From Octopus bimaculoides (Eukaryota): a stretch of DNA of 44,871 nt. The notes below the pieces were generated by a model. The model did not search any database and had not been told where the DNA came from. It worked only from the letters and a program-made list of their open reading frames with translations. The stretch spans positions 15,599,370 through 15,644,240 of the forward strand of contig NC_068983.1 of assembly GCF_001194135.2 (NCBI RefSeq). The letters run 5' to 3'. Within the stretch, counting starts at the first letter, position 1. The number at the start of each line of letters is the position of its first letter. The translations under genes were made by a program, and so were the position numbers. This document shows, piece after piece, positions 1 to 13,004 of the stretch.

Positions 1-707
1 ACAATTGCGATATTAGGTTATGAACTCTACCTGTATACCTGGGTCGATTTAATCGACTAAACTCCCTACTCTACAAATATATGGCCTTGTACGGGAGTTA
101 AAAATCAACACTGCTTTTATTTTTTTCACTAGATACAAGGTCCTATATCGAACATGAAATGCTGCAGTTTAATTCCAGATCATCCCTGATTCTGATTTTC
201 TTTGAGATATTCTAGTGGCAACCATTCAGCTATTTTCTCCGGCCATAAAATGTCTAGGAGCATATCACTCAAAGTGTTCTTTTTTATGGCAGTAGGGTGT
301 GATTTGAGGAAAATTTAGATTCAAATTCTACCAAGTCGAGCAACCGTGTGTACAGACCACCGCGCTGTCTCGTAATGCAATAGGCAATTGAAATAGGTGA
401 CATGGGTGGTTTTTCTAAAAGATATAAGTGGCATAGGAGAAGTGAACTGCCACTAATCGAAAATCGAAATCGAATAACAGTCATGATTTCTATCAAGAGC
501 TTTTGTGCATCTATCAAATGTTATTTTTTTTTTAATTTTCAGCTACATTTTGATGTGTAAAGCTCTTTGAAGTTATCAAGTTCATGCCGCCTCTAATGTC
601 ATTAGTACTGAAGTGTAGTGAAATGTTTTTACCGTGGATTGAAACTGCATCGAGACTAGTTGAATGACGCTCAACTTTAGTGTTTATTACTTAGATTTTA
701 AAGACAT

Positions 708-980
708 ATTGTGTGTATGTGTGTGTGGGAGGGTATTTGAATGTGTATGTCTGTGTGCGTACGTGTGTGAGTGTGTACGTGCATGTGTGTAGTGTGTGTG
801 TGTGTGTGTGTGTGTGGTGGAGCTGATTAAATTTGTGAAGTACTAGTATAGTACTGATATAGACAGACAAAGCATGTAAAAATAATAAAAAAGATAGCAT
901 CTATTTAACTTTTGTTCGTCTATCATTGAATATATCTTCTCACCTCTCTCACTCTTTTTCACACACACACACACACACAC
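708..980. repeat. (GT)n and (CA)n microsatellites
   Basis: Degenerate (GT)n at about 708-815 and (CA)n at 960-980. Similar tracts at about 11000-11075, 12620-13070, 15670-15700, 27500-27710 and 44598-44673. Confidence 0.85.
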
Positions 981-2441
981 CTCTTTCCTCTCCATTATCA
1001 CTATCCTACTTTTATCTTAGAAACTATCTGCACAAATGACTGAGCAGAATTACACAGGTGAATAATCATTTGAAAGAAGAAACTGTAGCTTGTTTTTCTC
1101 CACCACCCACGTTCTCATTATAATTGAAATTTTAAGAAATAAAAAATTGGTAAAGGGAAGATATTCTTCAATGCAAATATATTGAGATAATTCCTCTAGT
1201 TCTATTGCGTTCTTTTTAAGACGATCTAGTGGCCAATTAAAGTTATTTTCCGAAGAGTGGTAGAAGAGAATAATTTCTCAGATATGAGGCAATTACGAGT
1301 CCATAGTTTTGTATACGTTGAATGAAATAAGTGACTTTTCATAAAACATTAGTGTGTGTGTATGTGAGAGAGGGGGATTCCTTTTAATTCTTTTGAATAA
1401 ATATCAATGTAACGAAGGAGCTGGTTTTCCTTTTTTTTTTTATCTAAGAAACAAAACTCCATCGTTATATCGCTTGAATTTAAACAGCAACAACAGTATA
1501 GAGTTACACCTCAAACTTTAGAAAAGACTTGCATATTCTGACTGTTCTACTAGCAGATTAAATTCGCAGACAATGTGTTTTCTTTGGCTGAGAACCCTAG
1601 AATTTCTCATGTGCATCAATGATTAGAGGTAAAAATGTTAGTATATGTGCGGAAGCTGTAGGTTTCAAAGCAGTTTCGATAAATGTTCTTTTTCTCATTG
1701 ATTTTGAATTAAATGTTCACATCTATTGGAAAGCTGATCTACATAACGATACATTATTGCACTACATTACTTTGTCAGATCGCTTTAGCAAGGGTGTGTG
1801 TTGTTGTTTAATCTCAAAATTTACCCTGATCGAGCAGAGCTATCATCAGATATTCCATCTACGACTATCCTATCTTCTTAAACATAAGTTTATCTTCGAA
1901 CTACATTATCCTTCCCCACGTTTAAAAACACTAGGGTGCGATTTAAATGAAATTTGGTTGCTATTTCTAGCAACTTGGGCAACGACGTAGAGGCTACTGC
2001 AGATAGTGAGTACTGTCTCGTCTCCCGAGACTCATAGGGCCGGTTACCTAGTCTGCATGGCGTATAAATGACTCTGACAGTGAGAGAAGCAGTGAACTAG
2101 TGATTGGTCTATTGGAAACCCACAACCAACAACGCTATTGTCCACCAATTACGATTTAAAATGTATGAAATAACTAAATAGCAAGATGTATTTTCATTCG
2201 GTACACTCATCTAGTTCCTTTTAACCACTTTGATAAAAGATCTTTTAGTCAGGAGGGAAGGCAGTGCTTATGACTCCTTATAGGGTTTCCGAGACTGGTG
2301 GGAGTGAGAGAGGATGGAAAATGTTTCCTCAAACCAAAGACTGGTCCGAATACTTGCACCAGAGTAGACTCTACTAAAGGCACCTAAAGTACCAGGTAAT
2401 GATGTTAAACAGGGTTTATTATTATTACTTTAATTGAAGTG

Positions 2442-2743
2442 GTTGTTGGCACTCCGTCGCTTACGACGACGAGGGTTTCAGTTGATCCGATCAACGGAAC
2501 AGCCTGCTCGTGAAATTAACATGCAAGTGGCTGAGCACTCCACAGACACGTGTACCCTTAACGTAGTCCTCGGGGTGATTCAACGTGACACAGTGTGACA
2601 AGGCTGACCCTTTGAATTACAGGCACAGCAGAAACAGGAAGAAAGAGTGAGAGAAAGTTGTGGTGAAAGAGTACAGCAAGGTTCGCCACCATCCCCTGCC
2701 GGAGCCTCTTGGAGCTTTAAGTGTTTTCGCTCAATAAACACTC
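2442..2743 (-). mobile_element. SINE family A (head lost in gap)
   Basis: Near-identical to the body of 32969-33290. Confidence 0.85.
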
Positions 2744-3572
2744 NNNNNNNNNNNNNNNNNNNNNNNNNNNNNNNNNNNNNNNNNNNNNNNNNNNNNNNNN
2801 NNNNNNNNNNNNNNNNNNNNNNNNNNNNNNNNNNNNNNNNNNNNNNNNNNNNNNNNNNNNNNNNNNNNNNNNNNNNNNNNNNNNNNNNNNNNNNNNNNNN
2901 NNNNNNNNNNNNNNNNNNNNNNNNNNNNNNNNNNNNNNNNNNNNNNNNNNNNNNNNNNNNNNNNNNNNNNNNNNNNNNNNNNNNNNNNNNNNNNNNNNNN
3001 NNNNNNNNNNNNNNNNNNNNNNNNNNNNNNNNNNNNNNNNNNNNNNNNNNNNNNNNNNNNNNNNNNNNNNNNNNNNNNNNNNNNNNNNNNNNNNNNNNNN
3101 NNNNNNNNNNNNNNNNNNNNNNNNNNNNNNNNNNNNNNNNNNNNNNNNNNNNNNNNNNNNNNNNNNNNNNNNNNNNNNNNNNNNNNNNNNNNNNNNNNNN
3201 NNNNNNNNNNNNNNNNNNNNNNNNNNNNNNNNNNNNNNNNNNNNNNNNNNNNNNNNNNNNNNNNNNNNNNNNNNNNNNNNNNNNNNNNNNNNNNNNNNNN
3301 NNNNNNNNNNNNNNNNNNNNNNNNNNNNNNNNNNNNNNNNNNNNNNNNNNNNNNNNNNNNNNNNNNNNNNNNNNNNNNNNNNNNNNNNNNNNNNNNNNNN
3401 NNNNNNNNNNNNNNNNNNNNNNNNNNNNNNNNNNNNNNNNNNNNNNNNNNNNNNNNNNNNNNNNNNNNNNNNNNNNNNNNNNNNNNNNNNNNNNNNNNNN
3501 NNNNNNNNNNNNNNNNNNNNNNNNNNNNNNNNNNNNNNNNNNNNNNNNNNNNNNNNNNNNNNNNNNNNNNNN
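2744..3572. other. Assembly gap (largest of 10)
   Basis: N runs: 2744-3572, 7751-7943, 10304-10891, 13071-13170, 18723-18997, 27609-27618, 29219-29469, 31206-31215, 40111-40361, 43505-43524. Most abut microsatellites or retroelements. Confidence 0.98.
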
Positions 3573-3879
3573 CCTAGTCACATTGTGCCACCCTAATCAA
3601 CTTGAAAATTACCTTCAGGATTTAAATTGACTGCAAGATATTCAGTTGCCTACACGTTAATTTCACAAATAGGAATTAGAAATTCAGTTGATCGAACAAC
3701 TAAATATTCACTGTCGAGACTGACGGAGAATCCACACTTGCTTTGCAGTATTCATTTATCTACTCTTACGTGTTCCGTTCAAATTCGCCGAACAACTTTA
3801 CTTATCATTCTTCTCTGAGTATATATACTCTGTCTAAGACAAAACTATATTAACCACAGGGTTCCTCCGTACAGTTGCT

Positions 3880-4322
3880 GAAAATGGCAATCAAATCTCC
3901 TAATAGCCACAACCCTTCTGTTTTGTAAGTGGGATCATTGAATAATGCTGTTCAGAGTGCATCATCCAGTGGAAAAGATTATGGTCATAACTGGAATAAC
4001 CTTTTATCATAAGTATATCTACTCTAGCATGGCTGACCTGGGGTTAAACAACAAAGGTCCAGGTCATAAAGTAAAAGGTAAGAACTAGTTAGCCGAGTGG
4101 GCGATGCGGTTTCGATTCCCAGTATAAAAGCTATTTCAATTCATTTATGTTGCTAATGGTTGTTTAGCTCCTGGCCAATCCCGATGGAACTGACCTGAGA
4201 TTAAACATGTTGGCATTATGATCAAAAGCATTCCAACTGTGACTATCTCGATCGAATTTGGTCTTTCTTTTCCAAAGACAGTGGGGCATAGTTTGAGAGA
4301 TATTTGGTTGCTATTTCTAGCG
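3880..4322. repeat. Two family D copies in inverted (tail-to-tail) orientation
   Basis: 3880-4053 ends GCTGACCTGGGGTTAAACAACAA. 4158-4322 is the reverse orientation ending TTTGGTTGCTATTTCTAGC. Confidence 0.55.
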
Positions 4323-5146
4323 TATATCTAGCGATTATCAATGGTATTTTTGGCTGGTGTGAACGTCATACAACTTCTAGAATAATCTATTGAAGGATAT
4401 TAATTTCTCACGAAAATTTAACAATTTGACATGTCATAAAAGATTATTTAGAAAAAGGGAACACTAATGCGTAACTTCCATGCATTTCTTGAAAGTAAAT
4501 GCTCTTTGGTGGTAAGCTTAATTTGTTGCAAGCTTTGACTCATTCACCTGGTCTCTGAGTGCCTCTGGCAGAGTCCAATTTCAGAGACCTCTGCAAAGTG
4601 TCATGGGTGCTGTCTTTTCTCTTTTGATTAAGCAATTAAAAAAATCATCTGCGAATCGAAAGGCTTATCGAGAGCTTTATATCTCGCAACATGATTTCCT
4701 TGCCAAAATATGGAATTGGGAGATCTTTTGTCTTGTGTACATATAATGGCGAACGACAAAATGCATGGAAAACAACCGTAAAACAATAAATTATACAGTA
4801 AACTATAACCTTCATTTAGCAGATCCCAACGACGTGATATTACATTTGGACACAATGGAGAAGACAAGGAATTTCATCAAATGTAAATATCGGATTATTC
4901 ATGTAATTTCTGATTTCTTCTCGACTTGTAAGAGTTTAACTGACATTCTTTTTCAATAACATGAGCAATTTTTCTGTTAAATGCAGAAAATGGTTTATTG
5001 TGCATTGGTTCTGTGGTTGTTTTCCTTTCATTTTGGTTCTCCCCACTTTTTGTACATAAGATTATGTGTCGTATATGTACTTACGAAATTCAAGCGAAAA
5101 ATCGCCTGAAGTTCTTATAATTATATTTTGAAGAAAGTGAGAAGTC

Positions 5147-5360
5147 GGGGAGCTGGCAGAATCATTAGCACGCCGGTCAAAAAATGCATAGCGCATTTCT
5201 ATTGGCTTTGCCTTCTGAATTTTAATTTCACGAAGGTCGGCTTTGCTTTTTAGCTTTCGGTGTTCAGTGAAATAAGTACCTGATGAATACTGGGACAATG
5301 TAATCGACTTGCCCTTTCCCCCAAAATTTCAGGTTTTGTGTCCAAAGTAGGAAGAGAATA
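5147..5360 (+). mobile_element. SINE family C (GAGCTGGCAGAATC.. head), degraded
   Basis: GAGCTGGCAGAATCATTAGCACGCCGG..AAATAAGTACC..GTAATCGACTT..; similar to 6056-6270. Confidence 0.7.
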
Positions 5361-5965
5361 AAGCATGACAATATATTTTCCCAAAAGTATTAATGGCATA
5401 AGTAAAGTGAAAATTTCAGTTTGAAGTTTATTTTAGAGGTATGCAGGACTTATTTTAAAGATATGTTGATCTACGTTGTCCAGTATGGTCATTCTTATTT
5501 AAACGGTAAGTGTGGTTTCGAGGAAATTGACTGCTATTTCTTGCAACTCGTTTCATTATGCAAAGTAATAGTTTTTAACGCGGGTGGTAGATTCCCCTTG
5601 AATCGTTGTGAGTTCACGAATGAACGGCAAATGTCACAGAGCGCTATGGGATACCGGTAGTTTAGAATAGTCGTGATTTCTCTTACAAATGGAATATTTA
5701 ATTCATGTTGTACTTATATTTGAAACACAATTTTCAAAAAAGCTTTGTTGGGATTAGAATATGAAGAGGGCATTGTTTTATGTGCCAACGTCCAAAATTA
5801 TTTCATTATCCATGTTCGTCTTTGAATATTTTCATAAAAGATTAATCCAAAGCCACTACTTCACACACATCAAGAAAGAAACGTGCTGGATGGGATGCTC
5901 TAAGAGAATATGGATAATAAATCACTGTACAAAATTAGTTCTTGTGAAAATAAGCACTAGTTGAG

Positions 5966-6270
5966 CACTAGTGTCGATGTAATGAACAAACCTCTTCCCT
6001 CCCACCATTTCAGGCCTTGTGCCTATAATAGAAAGAATTATTATTAGTTAGACCAAGGCAGCGAGCTGGCAGAGTCGTGAGCTCGTTGGACAAAATGCAT
6101 AGTAGCATTTCTTTCAGCTTTACTCGCTGAGTTCAAATGCCGCCACGGATGTCTTTGCATTTCACCCGTTGGAGATCGATAAAGTAAGTACTATATGAGC
6201 ACAATAACCGACTTGCTCCTCCCCTCATCACTGCTGGCCTTGTACCAAAAAATTAGAAAGAATTATAATT
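5966..6270 (+). mobile_element. Tandem SINE family C copies (3' tail 5966-6046, then full copy 6056-6270)
   Basis: Both end GGCCTTGT..AGAAAGAATTAT. The second begins AAGGCAGCGAGCTGGCAGAG. Confidence 0.7.
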
Positions 6271-6912
6271 AGCTAGGTCTGAAGGAAAGTTTTCTTTGAC
6301 AGGTGAGATTAATGCTGTTAACATTCCTCATCAACTATTGCAAGCATGTGACTTCATGAAAGACAAGTGCTTGGTGGAAAATCTAGAAGACCAATGTCAT
6401 GGGAACAAAAGATTGAATGTAGTGGTTAGAACGGTTTGGAATGAAAGGATGAATACATCGTTGAATAAGAGAGAAGGAAAGATGAGTTAGTCGAGTGTTT
6501 ATGAGAGAATTAGGTAAGTGGTAGAAAGGTGGAGAGGAAACTACAACCTAGAAGCTGGAGCACATCTGACGGTAACTTCATGCCAATCAGTTCAGTGATC
6601 TTTCTCTAGATGCGGACTAGGATGTCTGTGTGTGTTACAGCAGCACTGTCCCAGATGTAAGAGCAGTACTTTGATGAGTGTCTTTTCTGAGCTTTATAGA
6701 TGTTTAGTGGTTGTCGGAAGCAGAAGTATTTACTGGCTCTGAAGAAGGTCAGCCTTTGAAATGGAGTCCTAGCTATGTGTTTGCTATGAAAGATCCTCAG
6801 TCATTAAGAGGCATAACGCTGGGAGCGATCGCGAAGGTTTTAGTTACATGTTGCTCATGTTTAAGGAAAGGATGAGGTGCGATGATTTTTTTAAAAACTT
6901 AAAAAATTTTAA

Positions 6913-7557
6913 CTATTATTATTCTTATATGAAAACTCACAGCTTCTTTTGCTGGGTATGGTGGAAACTGTCAGCTGTCCACTGGCAGCAGACGAAGGTG
7001 AAACTTGTTTACTGGTTATGCTTCAAGAACTCTGCTAAGAATTCTTGCAGTTCCAAGCAATGTTGATTTTTGTAGGTGTTCTTCCTTCACACTTGCACCG
7101 ATCTTTTTCAGCCATGTTGGTAATTGAGTGCTGATACTTACAAGTGCACCAGTTACAATTGGTATCGCGTCTACTCTCTTCATTAACCACAAGTTCGTAT
7201 TTCCCACTTTAAATCGCCATAGTTGTTTATTTTTTTCTTCTTCTTCACATTGATCCTGTTGTCACTGGGGCATGCTATGTCGATAATCATACATGTTCTT
7301 CCTTTTTTATTCACCTCAACAATGTCCGGTCTCCTATGTTTGGTCAAGTGATCGCACTAGATCATTACATCCCACAGGATTTTACAGTTCTCATTTTCGG
7401 TGACTCTTTCTGGGGTTTGTTCATACCACGTCTTTGCTCTTTGTAGGCCTTGATTTCCACAGAGCTCTCAATGGATCATTCTTGCCGCATTGTCATGGCA
7501 TCTTTTGTATTCGCGTTCTGCCAATTTCGGACATTCGCTAACGATGTGCCATACCGT
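6913..7557 (-). mobile_element. 5'-truncated R4/Dong-like non-LTR retrotransposon (Zn knuckle + restriction-like endonuclease), degenerate
   Basis: The minus strand translates, with stops and frameshifts, as TVWHIVSECPKLAEREYKRCHDNAARMIH..KILWDVMI..RRPDIVEVNKKGRTCMIIDIACP..IPIVTGAL..HLQKSTLLGTARILSRVLEA* (stop 7016-7018). A short 3'UTR ends in AATAATAATAG, and the 5' flank is a TAA/CAA-type microsatellite. Confidence 0.85.
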
Positions 7558-7944
7558 TATTATTGTTGTTCTTATTGTTATTGCGGTTATTGTGTGCTTT
7601 TTTTGTCTTGTTAAAGGAGACAAAATTGTCGACCTCATTGGAGAATGTTGTTGAGGTACTTGTTTATGGAATCAGTGCAGATTTCTCGTGAGATGCCTCA
7701 GGTTGCATGCAGGTGAAGCTTGAACGCAAAAGGTGAGGGGGAAAATGAAANNNNNNNNNNNNNNNNNNNNNNNNNNNNNNNNNNNNNNNNNNNNNNNNNN
7801 NNNNNNNNNNNNNNNNNNNNNNNNNNNNNNNNNNNNNNNNNNNNNNNNNNNNNNNNNNNNNNNNNNNNNNNNNNNNNNNNNNNNNNNNNNNNNNNNNNNN
7901 NNNNNNNNNNNNNNNNNNNNNNNNNNNNNNNNNNNNNNNNNNNC

Positions 7945-8125
7945 TATAAAGCGATCTGACTGGACACTATCGACCAGAGAATTGAGAAACGGAGGGTTCC
8001 CATAGGAAGACGGTTTTAACAAGAGATTTTCGTTCCAGACACGGTCGAAAGCTTTGCTAGTGTTGAGGGCAACGAAACTGCTTTCACCAAAATCTTCTTG
8101 GTCTGTGACTCTTCCTAACGCATCC
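7945..8125 (-). mobile_element. CR1/L2/Jockey-type LINE reverse transcriptase fragment
   Basis: Translation DFGESSFVALNTSKAFDRVWNENLLLKPSSYG matches the 'LDISKAFDRVWH..LL.KL..YG' RT motif. It runs into a gap; 7620-7750 may be its 3' part. Confidence 0.75.
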
Positions 8126-8699
8126 ATTGATTTAGAAGTAAATAAAAAAAAAATAAAAGCAACACAAAACAGCAATAGTAAATTGAAACCATTTCTTTAT
8201 GGCCGATGTATGTATACTTATGTGCTTTCTAAGCAAAAAGTACCAATAGGTTTTGATTAAAAAAATCAAATAATAAAAGCAATGAAGAAAACATTAATAT
8301 AAGCTTATTAACAAAAGGTAGATGCAAAAACGAAGAAAAGAAAGCAAGATTAATTGAATAATTCGGTATTGTGTACTTTTATTGCAGTGTCTAGTCCTTC
8401 TTTAGTAAGAGAAACAGCTGGGTAGATCTATCGTTGAAAGAAGAGGAAGTTTGAAACGCCTTAATACAGGAACATCAGGAGAATACACTTGGAGCTGCGA
8501 CAAAGAGACGATGTGGAAGTCAGTGACGATGGCGGGGGAAAGGAAATATATAAAATACAAGAAGTATATATATAAAAAAGAAAGTTTATTGATTTCTATT
8601 CTTAAATTATACTTCAGTGGCAATGGTTAGTAGCTTTTTCATTGTAGTAAGTTCAATGGCAAATCACGACTCGTACTAGCGTTTCACTATTGCATTACT

Positions 8700-10025
8700 A
8701 GCTTCCTTCTCTCTCTCTCTGCACAGCCGGTTGCTACTTACACATGCACCCTCTCTCTGTGTCTCTGTCTCTCTCTAGTTGTCTATCTTAAATACATCGT
8801 TCTCTACATCAATTTACTCACTCATCACTTCTTTCTCTCTCGGTTACTCCCCTTTACTATCTCTCCATCATTATTTTACGATATTCTTTCTTTCCCTGTA
8901 CTACCGGTTGCTGCTTACATGCACTCTTTCTCCCTCTCTCACTCTTACCCTCTCTCTTCGTTGGATTTCCCTCTTACGTTCCGTCTTTCTGTTTCTTTCT
9001 TCACCTTCCTTCGTATATCCCTTTCACCTTCTCTTTCGTTCTCCCTTCTTTCTCGTACGCTTCTTTGGCATATCCTTCCCTATTACATCCTTATTGCTTT
9101 AACCCCTTTCATTACAATATTCCTATCAAAACTTTGCTTCAATTAATCTTAAAAATAACGTAGAATTTAATAAAATATCTTTGTCATTATTAAAACGATG
9201 TTAACATGAAATTTTTGCTGGAAGTTTTAATTTAAATAATTTTATTAGAAGAAACTTGTATCATTAAACCAGGGATGGGTTCAGGCAGTTTGCTTTCTTC
9301 ACAGCTGGTTAAATGAAACTGCAAGTTTTGGGGGACTCGTAAGCCATTTATTTCATCACCTTATTGTAAGTAATTCATTTCATTCATCACTCAATTTTTG
9401 TACCCCACGTACTGTATTGCTTTGTCTGTCCTTGTAGTGTCCCCCTCTGTGTTAAGGCCTAAGTGCCGAATAAAGAAAGTGCTTTATATTCTTACGACCT
9501 CGTTCGCAACTACTTCTTAGTATCTCTTTTCTATTGCGTTACTGTGCCTTTTCAGAACCGGTTGTTGCTTATATTCTTTCTCTCTCATTCATTCGTTTTC
9601 GTTATATCGTTCCCAGCACCTTTCTTTCTTTGTATTCCTCCCCTACTTTTCGAGTTACTTTCTGTTTTCATCAATCTTATCATATCTCTTCCTTTTTCAT
9701 TCATTTATTCAATCATTATTTTTTTTATCTCTTCCTCTCTTCTTGTATGGTTTCCTTTCTTCTTTACTAATTCACCTCTTTCTTTTTCTTTCCTTTTCAC
9801 ATAGCTTTTCGCTCGATCTCTCTTATTCGTATTCCTCTTCTTTCTTTTCATTTTTTTTTTATTAATTTCCTCCTACTTTCTCATTCATCTATCTTTCTTT
9901 CACACTTTCTTTCTCTCCCATTCATCCACTCCTCTTTCACCCCCCCCCACGCACTCCCTCCTTCATCCATCTCTCTCTCTCTGTCTTTCTTCCCACAGCC
10001 CTCTCTTTACACAAGTGCCTCTTCC
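8700..10025 (+). repeat. Long pyrimidine-rich (CT/TC) low-complexity tract
   Basis: Plus strand dominated by C/T runs at 8700-9110 and 9500-10025. Confidence 0.7.
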
Positions 10026-12801
10026 TACCCCTCAACTGCTTAGTCTCTGGCTAGCAGACGGTCGGAGGCAAGAACCCGGATGTAAGCTATAACAACATGG
10101 CAGATGATAAGACGGAATTAGATTTACTGTAAACGATCCTCTCGCTACTACAGAGTGAATTACCAAAGTATAAACCGAATCTCTATACCAAAGCCGTACA
10201 TTTATAACTACAAGAAAAAAAAATCCCTCATTATATATATATATTTATATTCATACATTATAAATATATATATACATAAACATAATTACGCACGTGTATA
10301 TATNNNNNNNNNNNNNNNNNNNNNNNNNNNNNNNNNNNNNNNNNNNNNNNNNNNNNNNNNNNNNNNNNNNNNNNNNNNNNNNNNNNNNNNNNNNNNNNNN
10401 NNNNNNNNNNNNNNNNNNNNNNNNNNNNNNNNNNNNNNNNNNNNNNNNNNNNNNNNNNNNNNNNNNNNNNNNNNNNNNNNNNNNNNNNNNNNNNNNNNNN
10501 NNNNNNNNNNNNNNNNNNNNNNNNNNNNNNNNNNNNNNNNNNNNNNNNNNNNNNNNNNNNNNNNNNNNNNNNNNNNNNNNNNNNNNNNNNNNNNNNNNNN
10601 NNNNNNNNNNNNNNNNNNNNNNNNNNNNNNNNNNNNNNNNNNNNNNNNNNNNNNNNNNNNNNNNNNNNNNNNNNNNNNNNNNNNNNNNNNNNNNNNNNNN
10701 NNNNNNNNNNNNNNNNNNNNNNNNNNNNNNNNNNNNNNNNNNNNNNNNNNNNNNNNNNNNNNNNNNNNNNNNNNNNNNNNNNNNNNNNNNNNNNNNNNNN
10801 NNNNNNNNNNNNNNNNNNNNNNNNNNNNNNNNNNNNNNNNNNNNNNNNNNNNNNNNNNNNNNNNNNNNNNNNNNNNNNNNNNNNNNNNNNNAAGATAAAG
10901 GTATTTTCCTTCACAACTGCTAAATGGAAAGTTAATATCGAGGCATATTTTTTCAAGACGATCTAAAAAATCCCGTTCCTACTACAAATACACACACACA
11001 CATCCGTATGATATGTACATGAATGTGTGAACGTGCTTTTTGTGTGTGTGAAAACACACACACACACACACACACCACATATATATATAGTGGGGGTCTG
11101 AATTCTCTGGTGCCACAGGTGAATTTAATGAAAACGGGCCTAAGGTTTCATTGACCGTGCTAATGCCCTTGTGAGGTATGGACATCACAAAATCACTTCT
11201 ATTATCATGCCTTGGATAAGAAATTTTCCAGCGGATTCACTTGAGCATCGGACAAAATGCCTTGCAATTTATAATTAAGCCTCTTTGCATTCTGAGTTCA
11301 AATTTTGCTGAGGTCGATAAAATAGCAGTCAAAAATTTTCTGACTTTGCGCCAATATCTTTTGTATTTATTTATTTAAAATCATCTATGTGGAAGAGAAT
11401 GAGGAGCAAAACTAGATATCCTTAATTTCATCTGTCAACGATCTGAGGTCAGGTCCAGTCGAGGGGTGACCTCGCTGAAATATAGGTATTCTAATATTAA
11501 CTATCCTAGGGTTGTATCAATCGAGTATGTAGTACTATCCCTTATAAACTCCAGTCTTGTACCCAGTCAAAATATTAGGGCAGTATAACACAATCGACAA
11601 AGCGTCGGACAAAATACCTAATGATAGTTCCAACTCTTAAAATCCTTGGGTTCAAATCCCGACGAAACCATCTTTACTTTTCTCTATTCAGGGGTGATGT
11701 TTATAAAATAAGTACTTGTCAAGTTAAATCCGGTTACATTTCTCCCTCAAAAATGTGTGGTATTGTGTCTATATTAAGAAATTATATTGGAGGTTCTCGC
11801 TTCACTACTGCTCAACAAGTTTTAAAATCTAATTATTGCGTTTCCTTCCGACCCTATCTGGGTTTGTTTCATAAAATGTGTACCAGTAATATATTCGTTT
11901 TCATTGAAACTTTTCTGTGTAGTCTACCAAACTCCAAAATAATTTATATCATCGATGAGCGTCGAAGTGATCAGATGAACTCTTAGAGAATGGAATTAAC
12001 GATTAGCTAAATTCTTAGTTATAGCCATTTCGCTTCATAAATCGTCGCTAATGCCTTTGAGAAAGGCATGAACGTTCAAACACTCCTCTTTAACTTATCG
12101 CAAGCGCAAGTTATTTTTACAATTCCGATGGGGGTTTGATACCCAGTTTACAGTTGTTTATTGTTATTAATCTTCTTTAATAATAAACTACTGTTTATTT
12201 TATTAAAAAAATGAAATAAACAGTTGTCAAATTTTTGCGTATTTGTAGCTATTTTGAACATGTTCTTTATATGAAAGAGAAAAAAAAAAAAGAATCACAC
12301 TCACACACAAACACGTTCTTTAAATTTTCTATGCGTTTATTATAATGGATTTAGGGTCTTTGAAATATATCTCCTCTCACATTCTATCCTCTATTGTTGC
12401 TCAGTTTATCTAACAATGAACAGATCGATCCCTTTCGCTGTCTCAGAGCCTATTCTTCCTCCATTCACTGCTACTACGCCACAGCTCACCGTCTAAATGC
12501 TAGGTTCTTTGTTACAGATGTGTTTTGGTGTTGTTCTAGTCTAACCCTTATCTTGTTTCACACCTGCAATTTAGCAAGTGGATTACTCGTTAATATTTAG
12601 TTCTTTTGTTACATGTATTTACCATAAAGCACGTGCGTAGTATGTGTATATGTATAACATATACATGTGTGTGTAATGTATGTATTTGTGTGGTTAGCAT
12701 AACTGTGTGCGTGTACATGTATGGTGTGATTGTGTGTGTATAATTTTATATTTAAATGTGTATAGTATGTACACACACACACATGTGGTGGTGGAGAGAG
12801 A

Positions 12802-13004
12802 TTAATTCCCACTGGATGTGACCACATATTTTTCTTTAAAATTTGTTTGCAAATGAATATCATTTTCCATAAAACCGACAATTTATAGACACATGCGTGT
12901 GAGTGTGTGTTTGTGATAGTAGTAGTCAATTTTATGTAAACTGATATGCATATACAAACATTACAATTTTAAAGAAAAATGTGGTCACATCCAGTGAGAA
13001 TTAA
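12802..13004. repeat. Inverted repeat, about 43-bp arms and 116-bp spacer
   Basis: TTAATTCCCACTGGATGTGACCACATATTTTTCTTTAAAATTTGT (12802-12846) versus reverse complement of 12963-13004, TTAATTCTCACTGGATGTGACCACATTTTTCTTTAAAATTGT. Confidence 0.8.

Noticed and set aside
2580-3630. Long ORFs of 120-333 aa in the ORF track (also 10155-10956, 18682-19160, 28924-29585, 39903-40478)
   Set aside because: They are open only because they span N gaps; the flanks are SINE, RTE or microsatellite sequence.
5278-5300. CTGATGA hammerhead-ribozyme cores (also about 25984 and 36667)
   Set aside because: No flanking stems with a correctly placed GAAA; all lie inside SINE or RTE sequence.
6280-6850. Possible ancient LINE remnants (also about 24410-24530, 39430-39640) and a DNA-transposon fragment at about 9130-9275
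   Set aside because: Only faint motif resemblance; cannot be supported without a profile search.
8779-9804. Hydrophobic Leu/Phe/Ser-rich ORFs resembling membrane proteins
   Set aside because: By-product of the C/T low-complexity tract.
12848-12859. TGCAAATGAATA shared between this inverted-repeat spacer and the telomeric MITE core (16227-16238)
   Set aside because: A single AT-rich 12-mer match (POU-like) is expected by chance in 45 kb, and the flanks are unrelated.
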